A DNA stretch of 64,000 bases from Chrysomallon squamiferum (GCA_012295275.1 CM022677.1:3286001-3350000), one strand, 5' to 3'. Counted from the first letter of the stretch, positions 12,201-25,304 are shown. Made by a program: numbers and translations. Notes: generated from the sequence alone by a model not told the origin.

Positions 12201-13131
12201 AAAAACGTAATTTTTAGGGCAGCATTAAGCGACCACTACTCGGACTTCATACAGGTCTATACAGACGGCTCCAAAGACCCTCTCACGGGAAGAACAGGCA
12301 TGGCCTTTCATGTCAGGCAGGAACTACCCGACCCACCCTTCAACTATAGAGGTAGACTGACCAACAACCTATCCGTCTTTACTACGGAACTAATAGCTAT
12401 TCTCTCAGCACTTAAATGGGTCCTAACTCAAACTTATGTCAGAAACACGAAAAAGAAATACCTCATACTGACTGACTCCCTCAGCTCATTGCAAGCTCTG
12501 CACAAACTCAAATTCAGCAGCTCCCAGTACATTACAGAGATTATCGACATCACAAACTGTATCAACTACAGAGGACACAAGGTCACCTTCGAGTGGGTAC
12601 CCGCTCACGTGGGTGTTACTGGAAACGAGCTGGCAGACAAAACCGCAAAACACTCGCTAGAAGACGACACGATCGACTTTGACTCTAAATACAACGTTAA
12701 CGAAATCATGACCATAGGGCACAATAAGCTAATAGAATCGTGGCAACAAGATTGGGACAACAAAACTAGACTATGGCTACATAATTAAACCGAAAGTAAA
12801 CTCGCCCAGCCCACTCTCAGACAACAACAAAACAACTCAAACTTTAACCCGTCTCAGAGTGGGAGTGACCTTCGGACTAAACGACAGCTGACACAGACTC
12901 GACAACACTGTGAGTAACAAGTGCGGCACATGCCATAAACTGGACAATGTCAGACACTATCTGTTCTATTGCACGAAGTACGACAAGGACAGACGCAAAC
13001 TAAACACAGCTTTAACAAACATCAAAGTCAGATTTACTCCAGTTGACATTTTCAACTCTCCCAAACACTTAAAAAAACAAGTACACAACCTCATAATGCG
13101 ATACGTGGAAGTAACAAAAATCAAAATATAA
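9247..13131 (+). pseudogene. LINE ORF2: apurinic endonuclease, reverse transcriptase, RNase H; several frameshifts/stops
   Basis: APE motifs: ILQWNAKG, ICIQETW, ILGDFN, SDHLPI. RT motifs: APGPD, YRPISLTSCVCKTME, DIEKAYDMVW, GIPQGSVIAPTLF, LFADD. RNase H motifs: YTDGSK, TDSLS, EWVPAHVGVTGNELAD. C-terminal motif: CGTC..H....C. Confidence 0.95.
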
Positions 13132-13226
13132 ACACAGAGACAATTTCACAAAATACTACATAAAATAAACATATCCCTGTCTAACCCCAGAACCAACTGG
13201 TAACCTCCCTTTCGACAGATTTGCGG

Positions 13227-13802
13227 CCAAACAACAACAAAAACATACAACAACGCGACGCTAACAACAACAAAAACATACAACAACGCGACGCTAACAA
13301 CAACAAAAACATACAACAACGCGACGCTAACAACAACAAAAACATACAACAACGCGACGCTAACAACAACAAAAACATACAACAACGCGACGCTAACAAC
13401 AACAAAACATACAACAACGCGACGCTAACAACAACAAAACATACAACAACGCGACGCTAACAACAAAAACATACAACAACGCGACGCTAACAACAACAAA
13501 AACATACAACAACGCGACGCTAACAACAACAAAAACATACAACAACGCGACGCTAACAACAACAAAAACATACAACAACGCGACGCTAACAACAACAAAA
13601 ACATACAACAACGCGACGCTAACAACAACAAAAACATACAACAACGCGACGCTAACAACAACAAAACATACAACAACGCGACGCTAACAACAACAACAAA
13701 AACATACAACAACGCGACGCTAACAACAACAAAAACATACAACAACGCGACGCTAACAACAACAAAAACATACAACAACGCGACGCTAACAACAACAAAA
13801 AC
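13227..13802 (+). repeat. 33-bp minisatellite (~17 copies) in LINE 3' UTR
   Basis: The unit is CAACAACGCGACGCTAACAACAACAAAAACATA. GCGACGCT occurs 17 times from 13255 to 13780. Confidence 0.97.
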
Positions 13803-13989
13803 GTGCCCGACACGATGACACTACGAGTTTTTTTTTTCTCCTTTTTCTCTCTCTCTCGTTATATAATAGTAAAAACTAAGTAAATAAATAAATAAATAAA
13901 CAAATAAGTAAATAAATAAATAAATAAATAAATAAACAAATAAATAAATAAATATAAATAAATAAAACCCCTCACACAATGCTCAATTC

Positions 13990-14023
<34 letters not shown>

Positions 14024-14821
14024 ATGTGTATGTATGTATATATGTATATATATTTATATATGTGTATGTGTATGTATGTGTATGTGTGTTTATATATGTA
14101 TATCTACTGCACCCTTTTGGATCTTATTAACTAAAAACCACTCAAAGGTTTATTCCAAATTGCCCACTTCAAATGCACCTTCACCGGGACGGTCCCCTTC
14201 CACTTTCCCTTCCACTTTCCCTTCCCCTCTCCTGAGACCGGATCCGTGATAGGCGTGCCTGAAACCTTGAATTGGACGTAAAAAGAGTTTCCATTCCATT
14301 CTTTGATCAGTGCTCTTCTTGAGAGTCTTTGTCTCCACAAGACAAAGGAAAACGAAGACAATGGTAATTATGGTTTAATGTTTTGTATATGTAACATACA
14401 TCTTGAATGATTGAAAATGGCTAAATCTACTACTGTTGAATTTTTCATAGTGTTATTATTTTTAAATTAGCACAGACGAATAATACTCACAGCAAGAAAA
14501 CATTATCCTATAAAAATATAGTTATTGATAAACCAATTTCTGTTTCCGATTAATGCAATGTCTCACAAAAGACTGAGGACCCACAATATGCCGTTTTCGA
14601 AACGTACAGTACATAAAAATTATATTTTTATTTGCAATCCTATTGATAATATATTATATAGAAATGTTTCTATCTATTTTATCCCAAAACTGACATTATT
14701 TATAAATACTCTTGTAAAGTAGAGTCATAAAAATGTTTCTTTTAAATTTCATTTTCTTGTATTCATTTTGTTACATACTTATTTATTTATTTATTTATTT
14801 ATTTATTTGGCACATATTAAG

Positions 14822-14946
14822 ATGGGGAGAATTGGTACCACTTCATTTGATACCAGATCTGGAAAACACAAAAGTTGTAATTCTATCGAAGCCCAGCAGA
14901 CGATATACACATGATGTTGTCATGATATCAGAACTTCTCCATTTAG
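14822..14946 (+). pseudogene. Duplicated exon 2 of LigB-like gene
   Basis: 125 bp bounded by TAAG| and |GT, encoding WGELVPLHLIPDLENTKVVILSKPSRRYTHDVVMISELLHL. It is paralogous to 37244-37368. Confidence 0.8.
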
Positions 14947-15799
14947 GTATTTCACTGTTTGTATGTGTGTAAAAATCACATACGATTTGTAAACATTAGT
15001 TTATTGGTTACGTAAACAGCCCTCGTCGCAGATTTGAGTTTCCTTTTTTTTTTTTTTTTTGACTTTATCAATATTTTATAACAACCTTTGGACACCAAAT
15101 GGATTATCGAAACGAGTTAAATCGAACAAACAAACAACAACACAGACAATAAATAATAATAAGGATCAAATTAAAATAAATAAATAAATAAAAATAAAAA
15201 TCTGTAATGACATCATTTTACAGGAAGATGTTATAAGAATGTATTTTCGTGAAGAGGTAAAGTAGATGGTTATTAATAATAAAAGGTGTTTATGTGCTTT
15301 ACTGACAGGTATTATCAAGTCACCTGTATATCATAATTAAATAATTAATGTAAACGTTAACTTGTATAGTGGATAGGTAGACTTATTGATTTATATAGTT
15401 TGCTGTCATTTTAGCGTTTATACTCCTTGTTAGGTGGCCATTAAAGCACCTTGTTACCGTACACTGAGCCTTAATAAAACATGCAAGGTGTTTAAAGGTG
15501 TGACCACGTGACAGTCGTCTCTTTATAACACTCCACAGTGAACCATCATAACACATTTGTGAACAGCAGTATTTAAACATACTCTAATTAATACGCATTG
15601 TAAAATTACCCGATTTATACCATCAGCCAGTTTCATTCATCTGCAGTCATAAATGAAACCAGTTTTCATTTTGTGTCGTTATACATGAGTAAAGTTTGTA
15701 TTTTCTATGTAGCTATATTTAAAAGAAAGTAAAATAAAAAGAACTTTCGATGCTATTCAGCTTGGTACGGTGTGACAAGCTGATTAGTGCCTGAATTTT

Positions 15800-16525
15800 C
15801 TGACTGTCTCTCTATCTCTCGCTCTGCTTGTCTCTCTCTCTCTTTCTCTCACTCACTCTCTTTCTCTCTGCCTGTCTCTATCTCTCGCTCTGGTTGTCTC
15901 TCTATCTCTCTTTCCTGTCTCTCCCCTATCCGTCTATCTGTCTCTCTGTCGCTCTCTCTTTCTCTTTCTCTGTCCCTCTTTGTCTCTCTCTGTCTGACTC
16001 TCCCTGTCTCTCTCTATCTCTCTCTGTCCCTATCTCTCTTTGTTCTTCTGCTTCTCCATCTATCTCTTTCTCTCGCTTTCTCTCTCTCTCTTTCTCCCTC
16101 CCCGTCTATCTCTCTCTCTTTCTGTCTCTCTCTGTCACTCTCTCTTCCTCACTCTGTCTCTCTCTGTCACTATCTCCCTCTGTCTCTGTAACTACCCATG
16201 TGTCTTTCTCTCTGTTCTCTCTCTTTCTCTCTATGACTCCCTCAGTCTCTTTCTCTGTCTCTCTGTGTCACTCTGTCTATCTCCTTGTCTGTCTCGGTCC
16301 CTGTCTCTCTCAGTATCTCTCTGTCTCCCTCTGTTTCCTTCTCCGTCTGTCTCTGTCTCTCTTCCTCTCACTGTCTATCTCTGTGTCAGACTCTTTCTCT
16401 TTCTCTCAGCCTCTCTGACTCTCTCTGTCTCTGTTTCTCTCTCTCTGTCTGTCTCTGTATCTCTCCCATCTGTCTCTCTCTCTCTTTCCCTTTCTGACTT
16501 TCTCTCTCTATCTCTCTCTCTAACT
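15800..16525. repeat. Degenerate (CT)n/(CTGT)n polypyrimidine tract
   Basis: Low-complexity CT-rich sequence that produces spurious Ser/Leu ORFs. Confidence 0.95.
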
Positions 16526-17084
16526 TCCTTTATTCTCTTCACACAAAATTAACAATTTTACCTAAAGCAAAGTTAACCAACAGCAAAAGCAACAGCTATA
16601 ACAGCAATTATTAACAATAAAAATAGTAATAAAAACAATAAAAATACAATATTAACAATATATCATCAATAAAAATATAAGAAATAAAATAAAATAATAT
16701 TAGAGGAAACTCACAGACATACGCATATACACAAAAACTTAATGAATTCATGTTCCATACCACACTCTGGAAATCATTATATTTGTGAAATTTAAATAAC
16801 GTATCTGTATGAAAACGCAGAAAAACAGTATTTACATGTATTTCAAGTTTATACCACATTTTTAGAGTGAAATGAAATGTTTATGAAAACATACAAACTT
16901 ACAGTCCTAGAGGAACCCAAGTCTCTCTTTTTCTAACAAATAACATATACAACTTTCACGTGTCAGAACGGAATTTACTAACAAATTTTGAAAGAGGAAA
17001 ATAAAAATAATAATAATGATATATCTTTGAATTTAGATTTCTGTTTCATTTAAATAGTTTAGTTAAGTGCTAAACAAATTAAGA

Positions 17085-19683
17085 AAAAGTTAATCAAAAT
17101 AAAATATAAACTCGTATCTGGACTGTATTGATTAGCAGGCTAATACTTCCCATACTGACTTTCTTCATTTCATTATTCAGAAGGAAACCAGAGAATACTA
17201 AATGAGTGAAGAAAAAATAAAAATAAAAATTTAGGCGACATCGTTTCACTGCTGTAGTTAGAGTCGCCTCCCTTATCCGACATGTCTTCACTGGTACATT
17301 TAGAGTCGACTCCCTTATTGAAGATCTCTTCTCTGGTTTATTTAGAGTAGCCTCCCTTACGTGAGATATGTTCACTGGTTTTTAAGCAGTAAAGGTACAA
17401 AGAAAAGAAAGAACGAAGGAAAGAAAGAAAAGAAAGAAAACATTGAAGCAGGTTAGCGAATGAACAAAACGGAAGAATGAATAAAGATAGAAATAACTAA
17501 TAAAAAATATCCAAGCGTGGTACTCTTTAAACGCAGCATTCTTTTCAGCTTTTATTCAAAATAAAATATAAAATCATATGTAGACTGCATTGATTAGCAG
17601 GTTAAGAATTTCCATACTGAATTTCTCCATTTGATTACTGAGAAAGAAAAGGGAGAATACTAACTGACTGAAGAAAAAATAAATAAAACGTATGCGAGTT
17701 GTGTTCACTGCTAAATTTAAAGTGGCCTCCCTTATGAGAGATGTATTCACTGGTATATTTAGAGTGGCATCCCTTATGTGACATGTGTTCACTGCTTTTT
17801 AGAGTCGCCTCGCTTATGTGAGATGTGTTCACTGGTATAGTTACAATAGCCTACCTCATGCGAGATGTGTTCACTGTAATTAAGAAAATAACAAAGAAAA
17901 TTCGATTACAAAAGCATAAATAAACAGTCAGTGAGAGCAGAGTATATGAACTGATTAAAAATGTATGATAAATAAATCATAAATAAATCATAATATGAAA
18001 AGAAAAGAATGATGGAAAGAATGAAAGAAACGAAACAAACGATAGAAAATATGGAAAGAAAGAAAGAAAGAAAGAAAGGTGGAAAAGAAAGAATTAAAGG
18101 TAGAAAGAAAAGAAAGAAAACATTGAAGCAGGCGAGCGAATGAACAAAACGGAAGAATGAATAAAGATAGAAATAACTAATAAAAGATATCCAAGCGTGG
18201 TACTCTTTAAACGCAGCATTCTTTTCAGCTTTTATTCAAAATAAAATATAAAATCATATGTAGGCTGCATTGATTAGCAGATTAAGAATTTCCATACTGA
18301 ATTTCTTCATTTGATTACTGAGAAAGAAAAGAGAGAATACTAACTGACTGAAGAAAAAATAAATAAAATTTATGCGAGTTGTGTTCACTGGTAAATTTAG
18401 AGTGGCCTCCCTTATGTGAGATGTATTCACTGGTATATTTAGAGTGGCATCCCTCACGTGAGATGTGTTCACTGGTATATTTAGAGTGGCATCCCTTACG
18501 TGAGATGTGTTCACTGGTATATTTAGAGTGGCATCCCTTATGTGAGATGTATTCACTGCTTTTTAGAGTCGCCTCCGTTATGTGAGATGTGTTCATTGGA
18601 ATATTTAGAGTGCCGACCCTTATCCGAGATTTGTTCACTAGTATAGTTACAATAGCCTACCTCATGCGAGATGTGTTCACTGGAATTAAGAAAATAACAA
18701 AGAAAATTCGATTACAAAAGTATAAATAAACAGTCAGTGAGAGCAGAGTTTATGAACTGATTAAAAATATACGAGAAATAATAAATAAATATAATATGTA
18801 AAATAAAGAAGGATGGAAAGAATGAAAGAAAGGAAATAGATAGAAAAGATGGAAAGAAAAGATAGAAGTAAAGATAGAAAGAAATAAGAACGAAGGAAAG
18901 AAAGAAAAGAAAGAAAACATTGAAGCAGGTTAGCGAATGAAGAAAACTGAAGAATGAATAAAGATTGAAATAATTAACTAAACAAATCGAAGTCTGGTAC
19001 TTTTTAAACACAGCAATCTGTTCAGCTTTTATTCCAAATAAAATTTAAAATCATATGTAGACTGCATTGATTAGCAGGTTAAGAATTTCCATACTGAATT
19101 TCTTCATTTGATTACAGAGAAAGAAAACAGGGAATATTAACAGACTGAAGAAAAAGAAAAAAAGGAAAGGTTTCTGCGACGTGTTCACTGTTATATTTAG
19201 AGTGGCCTCCCTTATGTGAGAGGTGTTCACTGGTTTTTAGATTCGCCTCCCTTATGTGAGATCTGTTCACTGTTATATTTAGAGTGCCCTCCCTTATGCG
19301 AGATGTGTTCACTAGTATAGTTACAATAGCCTACCTCATGCGAGATGTGTTCAGTGGCATTAAGAAAATAACAAAGAAAATTCGGTTACAAAAGCATAAA
19401 TAAACAGTGAGTGAGAGCAGAGTCTATGAACTGATTAAAAATGTATGATAAATAAATAATAAATAAATCATAATATGAAAAAAAAAGAATGATGGAAAGA
19501 ATGAAAGAAAGGACACAAAAGATAGAACATATGGAAAGAAAGAAAGAAAGGTAGAAAGAAAAGAAAGAACGAAGGAAAGAAAGAAAACATTGAAGCAGGC
19601 GAGCGAATGAACAATACGGAAGAATGAATAAAGATAGAAATAACTAATAAAAAATATCCAAGCGTGGTACTCTTTAAACGCAG
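17085..19683. repeat. ~0.7-0.8 kb tandem units each containing a 42-bp minisatellite
   Basis: The 42-bp unit is GAGATGTGTTCACTGGTATATTTAGAGTGGCATCCCTTACGT (14-aa periodicity NTSHIRDATLNIPV on the minus strand). It occurs in four clusters separated by a repeated GAAA-rich block. Confidence 0.9.
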
Positions 19684-19738
19684 CCCAGCAGACGATATAC
19701 AAATGAGGTTGCCTTGATACCAGAACTTCTCCATTTAG
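19684..19738 (+). pseudogene. 3' half of LigB-like exon 2 fused to repeat-derived sequence
   Basis: It reads PSRRYTNEVALIPELLHL followed by G|GT, preceded by unrelated ...CTCTTTAAACGCAG. The same fusion occurs at 25572-25626. Confidence 0.75.
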
Positions 19739-21229
19739 GTATTTCACTGTTTGTCAGTATGTTTGTATGTAAAAATTACATACGATTTGTAAGCATTAGT
19801 TTATTGGTTACGTAAACTGCCCTCGTCGCAGATTTGAGCTTCCTTTTAATATTTCTTTTTTTTGGACTTTATTCATATGTTATAACAACTTTAGGACACC
19901 AAATGGATTATCGAAACGAGTTATATCGAACAAACAAACAACAACACAGACAATAAATAATAATAAGGAACAAATTAAAATAAATAAATAAATAAAAATA
20001 ATAATCTGGAATGACATCATTTTACAGGAAGATGTTATTAGAATCTATTTTCTTGAAGAGATAAAGTAGATGTTATTAATAATAAAAAGTATTTATGTGC
20101 TGGCATGTCTTTACGGACGAGTATGGTAAGGTGTTGTCTATTCTTGTTTGTATAGGGTGTAATGTGCAATTAAACTGTGTCAATAACATTTATGTCAATA
20201 AAATTTAAGGTTTTAATCTGTCCTCCGTGCAGATTCTTATTTTGTCTTGGTTCTCTTTATAACCTTACTCGTATCATTAATCAAAATTACTTAAACGTAT
20301 GTTTTATGATTGTATAATGTATTATTATCAAGTCACCTGTATCATAATTAAATAACTAATGTAAACCTTAACTTGTATAGTGGATAGGTAGACTTACTGA
20401 TTTATATAGTTTGCTGTCATTTTAGCGTTTATATTCCTTGTTAGGTGCCCATTAATGCACCTTGTTACCGTACACTGAGCCTTAATAAAACATCCAATGT
20501 GTTTAAAGGTGTGACCACGTGACAGTCGTCTCTTTATAACACTCCACATTGAACCATCATAACACATTTCTAAACAGCAGTATTTAAACATACTCTAATT
20601 AATACGCATTGTAAAATTACCCGATTTATACCATCAGCCAGTTTCATTCATCTGCAGTCATAAAGCAAACCAGTTTTCATTTTGTGTCGTATTTCATCAG
20701 TAAAGTTTGTATTTTCTATGTAGCTATATTTAAAAAAAAAACTAAAATAAAAATAACTTTCACTGCTATTCAGCTTGGTACGGTGTGACAACCTCATTAG
20801 TGCCTCTTTGGCAGACTTGTTTTTAATTGTAATTTTGTTTTCTTTGAAGTGAATTATAGAATATTCACTAAATCTTTATTTTTATATGCCCCTTAAAGCA
20901 GAATGTCTGCTACATTTTATCTCAAATATGTTATTATAGTACGATAATATTTATTTAGTTATCTTGTATAATCATCTTTATAATTTATATTCTTACAGTC
21001 CTTAACTCTTTACGTAATTAATGACAGAAAATAGAGTTAAATACACAAAAACTAAATAGCAAAGCCTATGCAGATGTACACGGGCTATTAAGAAGCTGTT
21101 TTATATAATTAGGGGAAGTTCCGTTATTTCATAAACTAAGAAACACTGGCGTTTAAGGAAATCGAAATTGGTATTAAAAGCTTCAAAGTAAATTCAGAAA
21201 GGCTATCTGCAGAGGTGTAGCTATGGGTG

Positions 21230-21331
21230 TATAAGTAGCGGCACGCGTTTTGAACGAGATCTCTTTGATCAGTGCCCTTCTTGAGAGTCTTTGTCTGCAC
21301 AAGACAAAGGAAAACGGAGACAATGGTAATT
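21230..21331 (+). promoter_or_regulatory. Empty LINE target site resembling core promoter + short first exon ending ATG|GT
   Basis: TATAAGTA at 21230, target GAACGAGATCTCTTTGATCAGT at 21252-21273, hairpin CTTTGTCT-GCACA-AGACAAAG, and ACAATG|GTAATT at 21320-21331. A second empty copy is at 38822-38927. Confidence 0.45.
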
Positions 21332-21646
21332 ATGGTTTAATGTTTTTTATATGTAACATACATCTTGAATGATTGAAGATAGCTAAATCTATTACTGTTG
21401 AATTTTTCAGTGTTATTCTGTGGTGCTTACATTTATAAAAACAAAGATAACGTATTTTAATAATTAAAAGATTATTTAGAAATATCAAGTAACCAACTGG
21501 GCTGAATTAGTTTTGTATTATTTGTCAACGCTATTTGCTTTGATAACGTATCGTGGAATCGTACGATTTAACTATGTAACTATATATTACCCTTGAGGGT
21601 TAATTTGTGTAAACAGCATATATATATATATGTATGTATGTATATT

Positions 21647-21678
<32 letters not shown>

Positions 21679-22198
21679 ATAATTATCCATCCCTGAATTG
21701 GTGTTTGTGTTATTGTTCTCTTGTGGATACAGAATAGTCATTTAATAGTTAAGCTGTCTGAGATAATTAACACCTTGTCACGTAATGCTATTATAGTCTG
21801 GTGCCCTTTCAGGTACTAATACCACTCAGACTAGTCACATGACATATGGCACTACCTAAAATCCTATAAGTTAGCATCTCAGATAACTTGTCTTATCACC
21901 CGACTCCTTGTAATGCCAAAATTAACTCATAGTTTCTGTCAATATTATAAAGAGGATGGGCTGTAATTAAGATTAAAAAAGAACAAACCACAACATAATG
22001 AACGTTTGTAATATTATGTAAAATGTTTCAATTTGACGGAAGTTGTGCATTTTGAGTTTCACAAATGTCTAATTTTGAACTGTTGCCATTATCTTTGAAT
22101 TCAGCTTACGTTAACACGTCACACAGCAAACTGCCTAAATAACAAGTTGGTATTTGCTTCATTAATTAAACTTTTACCTGTCTGCGTATCAATTTCAG

Positions 22199-22329
22199 GT
22201 GCTGATTTATACAGGTATTTGGAAGACGCGCCAGAGCGTGTTGTTGTCATCCTCAGCGCTGACCTCGCACACACGCATCTCAGCACTGACCCATACGGCT
22301 ACTCCAACGCATCACAGCCATTCGACCAT
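22199..22329 (+). CDS. Exon 3 of LigB/Memo-like (class III extradiol dioxygenase fold) gene
   Basis: TTTCAG| acceptor and |GTAAGT donor. It encodes (G)ADLYRYLEDAPERVVVILSADLAHTHLSTDPYGYSNASQPFDH, with the S-[AG]-D-L-[SA]-H motif of the LigB/Memo family. The phase-1 start matches the exon 2 end. Confidence 0.85.
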
Positions 22330-22682
22330 GTAAGTACAACCAGTCAGTCATGCTTGAACCTTTCAAAAATACTTTAAAATTTCACCAGAACAACTGTATC
22401 AAAGCAGATATGTTTTGTAATAGCACCTGAGCATATTTTTGTATTTGTGATTAATAGGTGTTAAATAGGCTTATTTATTTGTTTGAATTAATGAATGTAA
22501 CTGACGTTTGGGAGAATTTCTAAAACTATTTATGTTTAATGTTATGGGTAGGAAAGAACATGCTGCAACTGTTTTGTCTTCAGTGTTGAAAGACTTGTGT
22601 GATTAGTACATAACTGAGCACAGTTTGTTTTTGTTTCATTAATACAGTTGTCACGATGGTTCTCCTTATTTGACTATTTCAG

Positions 22683-22803
22683 GCTGTTGGTGAGTGGGCA
22701 GCGACTCTGGACGGCATGTTGCTGTTGAACAGAGCGGCTGGACTAGTCGATCGCGCGCTCTCGTGTGGTTACACGGGTCTAGTCATGTTACATCGTCTGT
22801 TAC
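22683..22803 (+). CDS. Exon 4 of LigB/Memo-like gene (3' end uncertain, probably truncated)
   Basis: TTTCAG| acceptor in phase 0, matching exon 3. It encodes AVGEWAATLDGMLLLNRAAGLVDRALSCGYTGLVMLHRLL with the family CG motif, then runs into an ~86-bp tandem repeat. Confidence 0.75.
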
Positions 22804-23099
22804 TGTATCTTTGTGACGTAGAAAATCTTTTATAAATGGTGCTAAAATGAATTATATGTCGCAGGATTTGTTGTTAATATATCTTCACTGTATCTTTGAC
22901 ACGTAGAAAATCTTTTATAAATGGTGCTAAAATGAATTCTACGTCGCCGGATTTCTTGTTAATATATCTGACACTCTATTTTTGACACGTAGAATAAATT
23001 GTGTACTAATTAGGATCTATCTACGTCTCGGTACTCATTAAATTCCCTTTTACCTGGTTGACATTGTGTGCAGTCAAAAGGTAACAACGAACTACTTCT

Positions 23100-23810
23100 G
23101 TACCACAGTGCATTTGTTAGCAGTAACAGTTCGCAATTGAAATACAAAAGTTCTCGATGTGGTCGGATGACTCTTCTGGGCTATTTGATTGATTTCATGG
23201 CGCCATCCTTCCAAGTGGTTATTTGTTCGGAGACTGTCATTGCCAAAGTTTTTCTACATTTCTGGAGTTCATGTTCCTTTCATCCAAGTGTCAGTGACGT
23301 AGTCCATCAGCACTGTTACCTTTCCATTCTGGGGACTGTCGGCAACTGTGTCAAAACATCCTCAACTTTGTTCAGCGGGATCATCGGAAGGGCTGAAGCA
23401 CGACTTGCCACCTTTTCTACATCACTGTTTTCAATATATTCTCAAGCCAATCCTATTTTTGCGAACGACGCCAAATACTCTGAGTGTACTGGGAACTAAA
23501 AACGACTGAGTCGTGTGGTGAGGAATACAGCGCGTGCAGCGTTGTGAGCAGATCTCTCAGTGTACATCTGACGTCCTAGGAGCGGAATGAAATCCTACTC
23601 ATGGCAGTTTTCTTGGATGTACTGGAATGGCACGGCCGCGTGGTTGTTGCTGCATCTGTTTTGCCGTCTGCAGCATGTTGTCCACAGACACGACGTAGGT
23701 TCTGCACTGCGAGTTAACAACGCATTTCCAGTCTGTTCTCTACCCATTCTTTTTATACACGCGAAATGTATGCTCGTTATAATACAGATCCCTGCTGCCT
23801 CGTATTGTGA
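23100..23810 (-). mobile_element. Decayed FLYWCH-MULE (Mutator-like) transposase relic
   Basis: Minus-strand translation across stops gives RGSRDLYYNEHTFRVYKKNG*RTDWKCVVNSQC (FLYWCH-like), ERSAHNAARAVF, RASALPMIPLNKVEDV, LMDYVTDTW and RTNNHLEGW (23229-23203), the typical MULE C-terminal motif. Confidence 0.75.
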
Positions 23811-24046
23811 CAATATAAATCACTCGAACCTGTTCAGCTGCCAAGAGTTTCCCATTTCGATGCAAAACTTTATACAGGAAAAAACTACAATGCGCAACAG
23901 CCTGCTCAGTGAAACACGTATAAAAATACAACCCAGGACAATAATATTTTTAAAATAGTAGAGACCAGTAAGGGCGAAATAAATAAAAATAAAATTATTA
24001 AAAAAATGATGAAAAAGAAGAAATAACAATAAAAGATAACAAAACA

Positions 24047-24087
<41 letters not shown>

Positions 24088-24157
24088 AAGCGTATTTTCA
24101 ACTGCTATCCCGAAGTTATTTCGTTGGTAAAGAAAACTCAACTCGCTCTGCCTGAAC

Positions 24158-24260
24158 AAATGGAAATGGAAAAATTTAACTTGCTAATCAGAGCGAGCTG
24201 TTGTGAGGCACGTCTACGACAGACACACTTTCTGACAGGTCAGCGGGCGTGTCTGTCGTA
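24158..24260 (-). mobile_element. ~100-bp retroposed 3' end related to LINE family 1 (SINE-like)
   Basis: The reverse complement matches 4204-4307 and has a (CCATTT)n tail. Confidence 0.88.
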
Positions 24261-24390
24261 TCCTTAACAAAAAAAATGTTCGGCCTTTTATAAGAAAAAA
24301 AAAGGGACTTGCATTATTTGACAACGTTTATGAACCTTGCCGCTAGACGTCTGTCGCCAGATCATTCTGCAAAACAAGAAGCCTCTAGGT

Positions 24391-25256
<866 letters not shown>

Positions 25257-25304
25257 CTCTAGGTGATAATTAATTCCGCAGTTCCCAGGCTTCAGATCCA
25301 AAAG

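Larger units (their letters stand above)
6227..14300 (+). mobile_element. Full-length (~8.1 kb) decayed I-group (I/Nimb-like) LINE, family 2, copy A
   Basis: It has a 5' UTR, a gag-like ORF1 with three zinc knuckles, an ORF2 with APE-RT-RNase H-Cys/His, a long 3' UTR and a (CCATT)2 tail. The 18-bp TSD has 2 mismatches: CTTAGATCAGTGCCCTTC (6209-6226) and CTTTGATCAGTGCTCTTC (14301-14318). Empty sites at 21263 and 38855 confirm the boundaries. Confidence 0.95.

Noticed and set aside
21252-21264. Target GAACGAGATCTCT resembles 18S rRNA GAACGAGACTCT
   Set aside because: The match is only ~12 nt with an indel and there is no flanking rRNA similarity, which is insufficient to call an rDNA-derived target.
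23068-23958. Plus-strand ORFs of 143 and 123 aa
   Set aside because: They are antisense shadows of the minus-strand MULE relic with no recognisable motifs.
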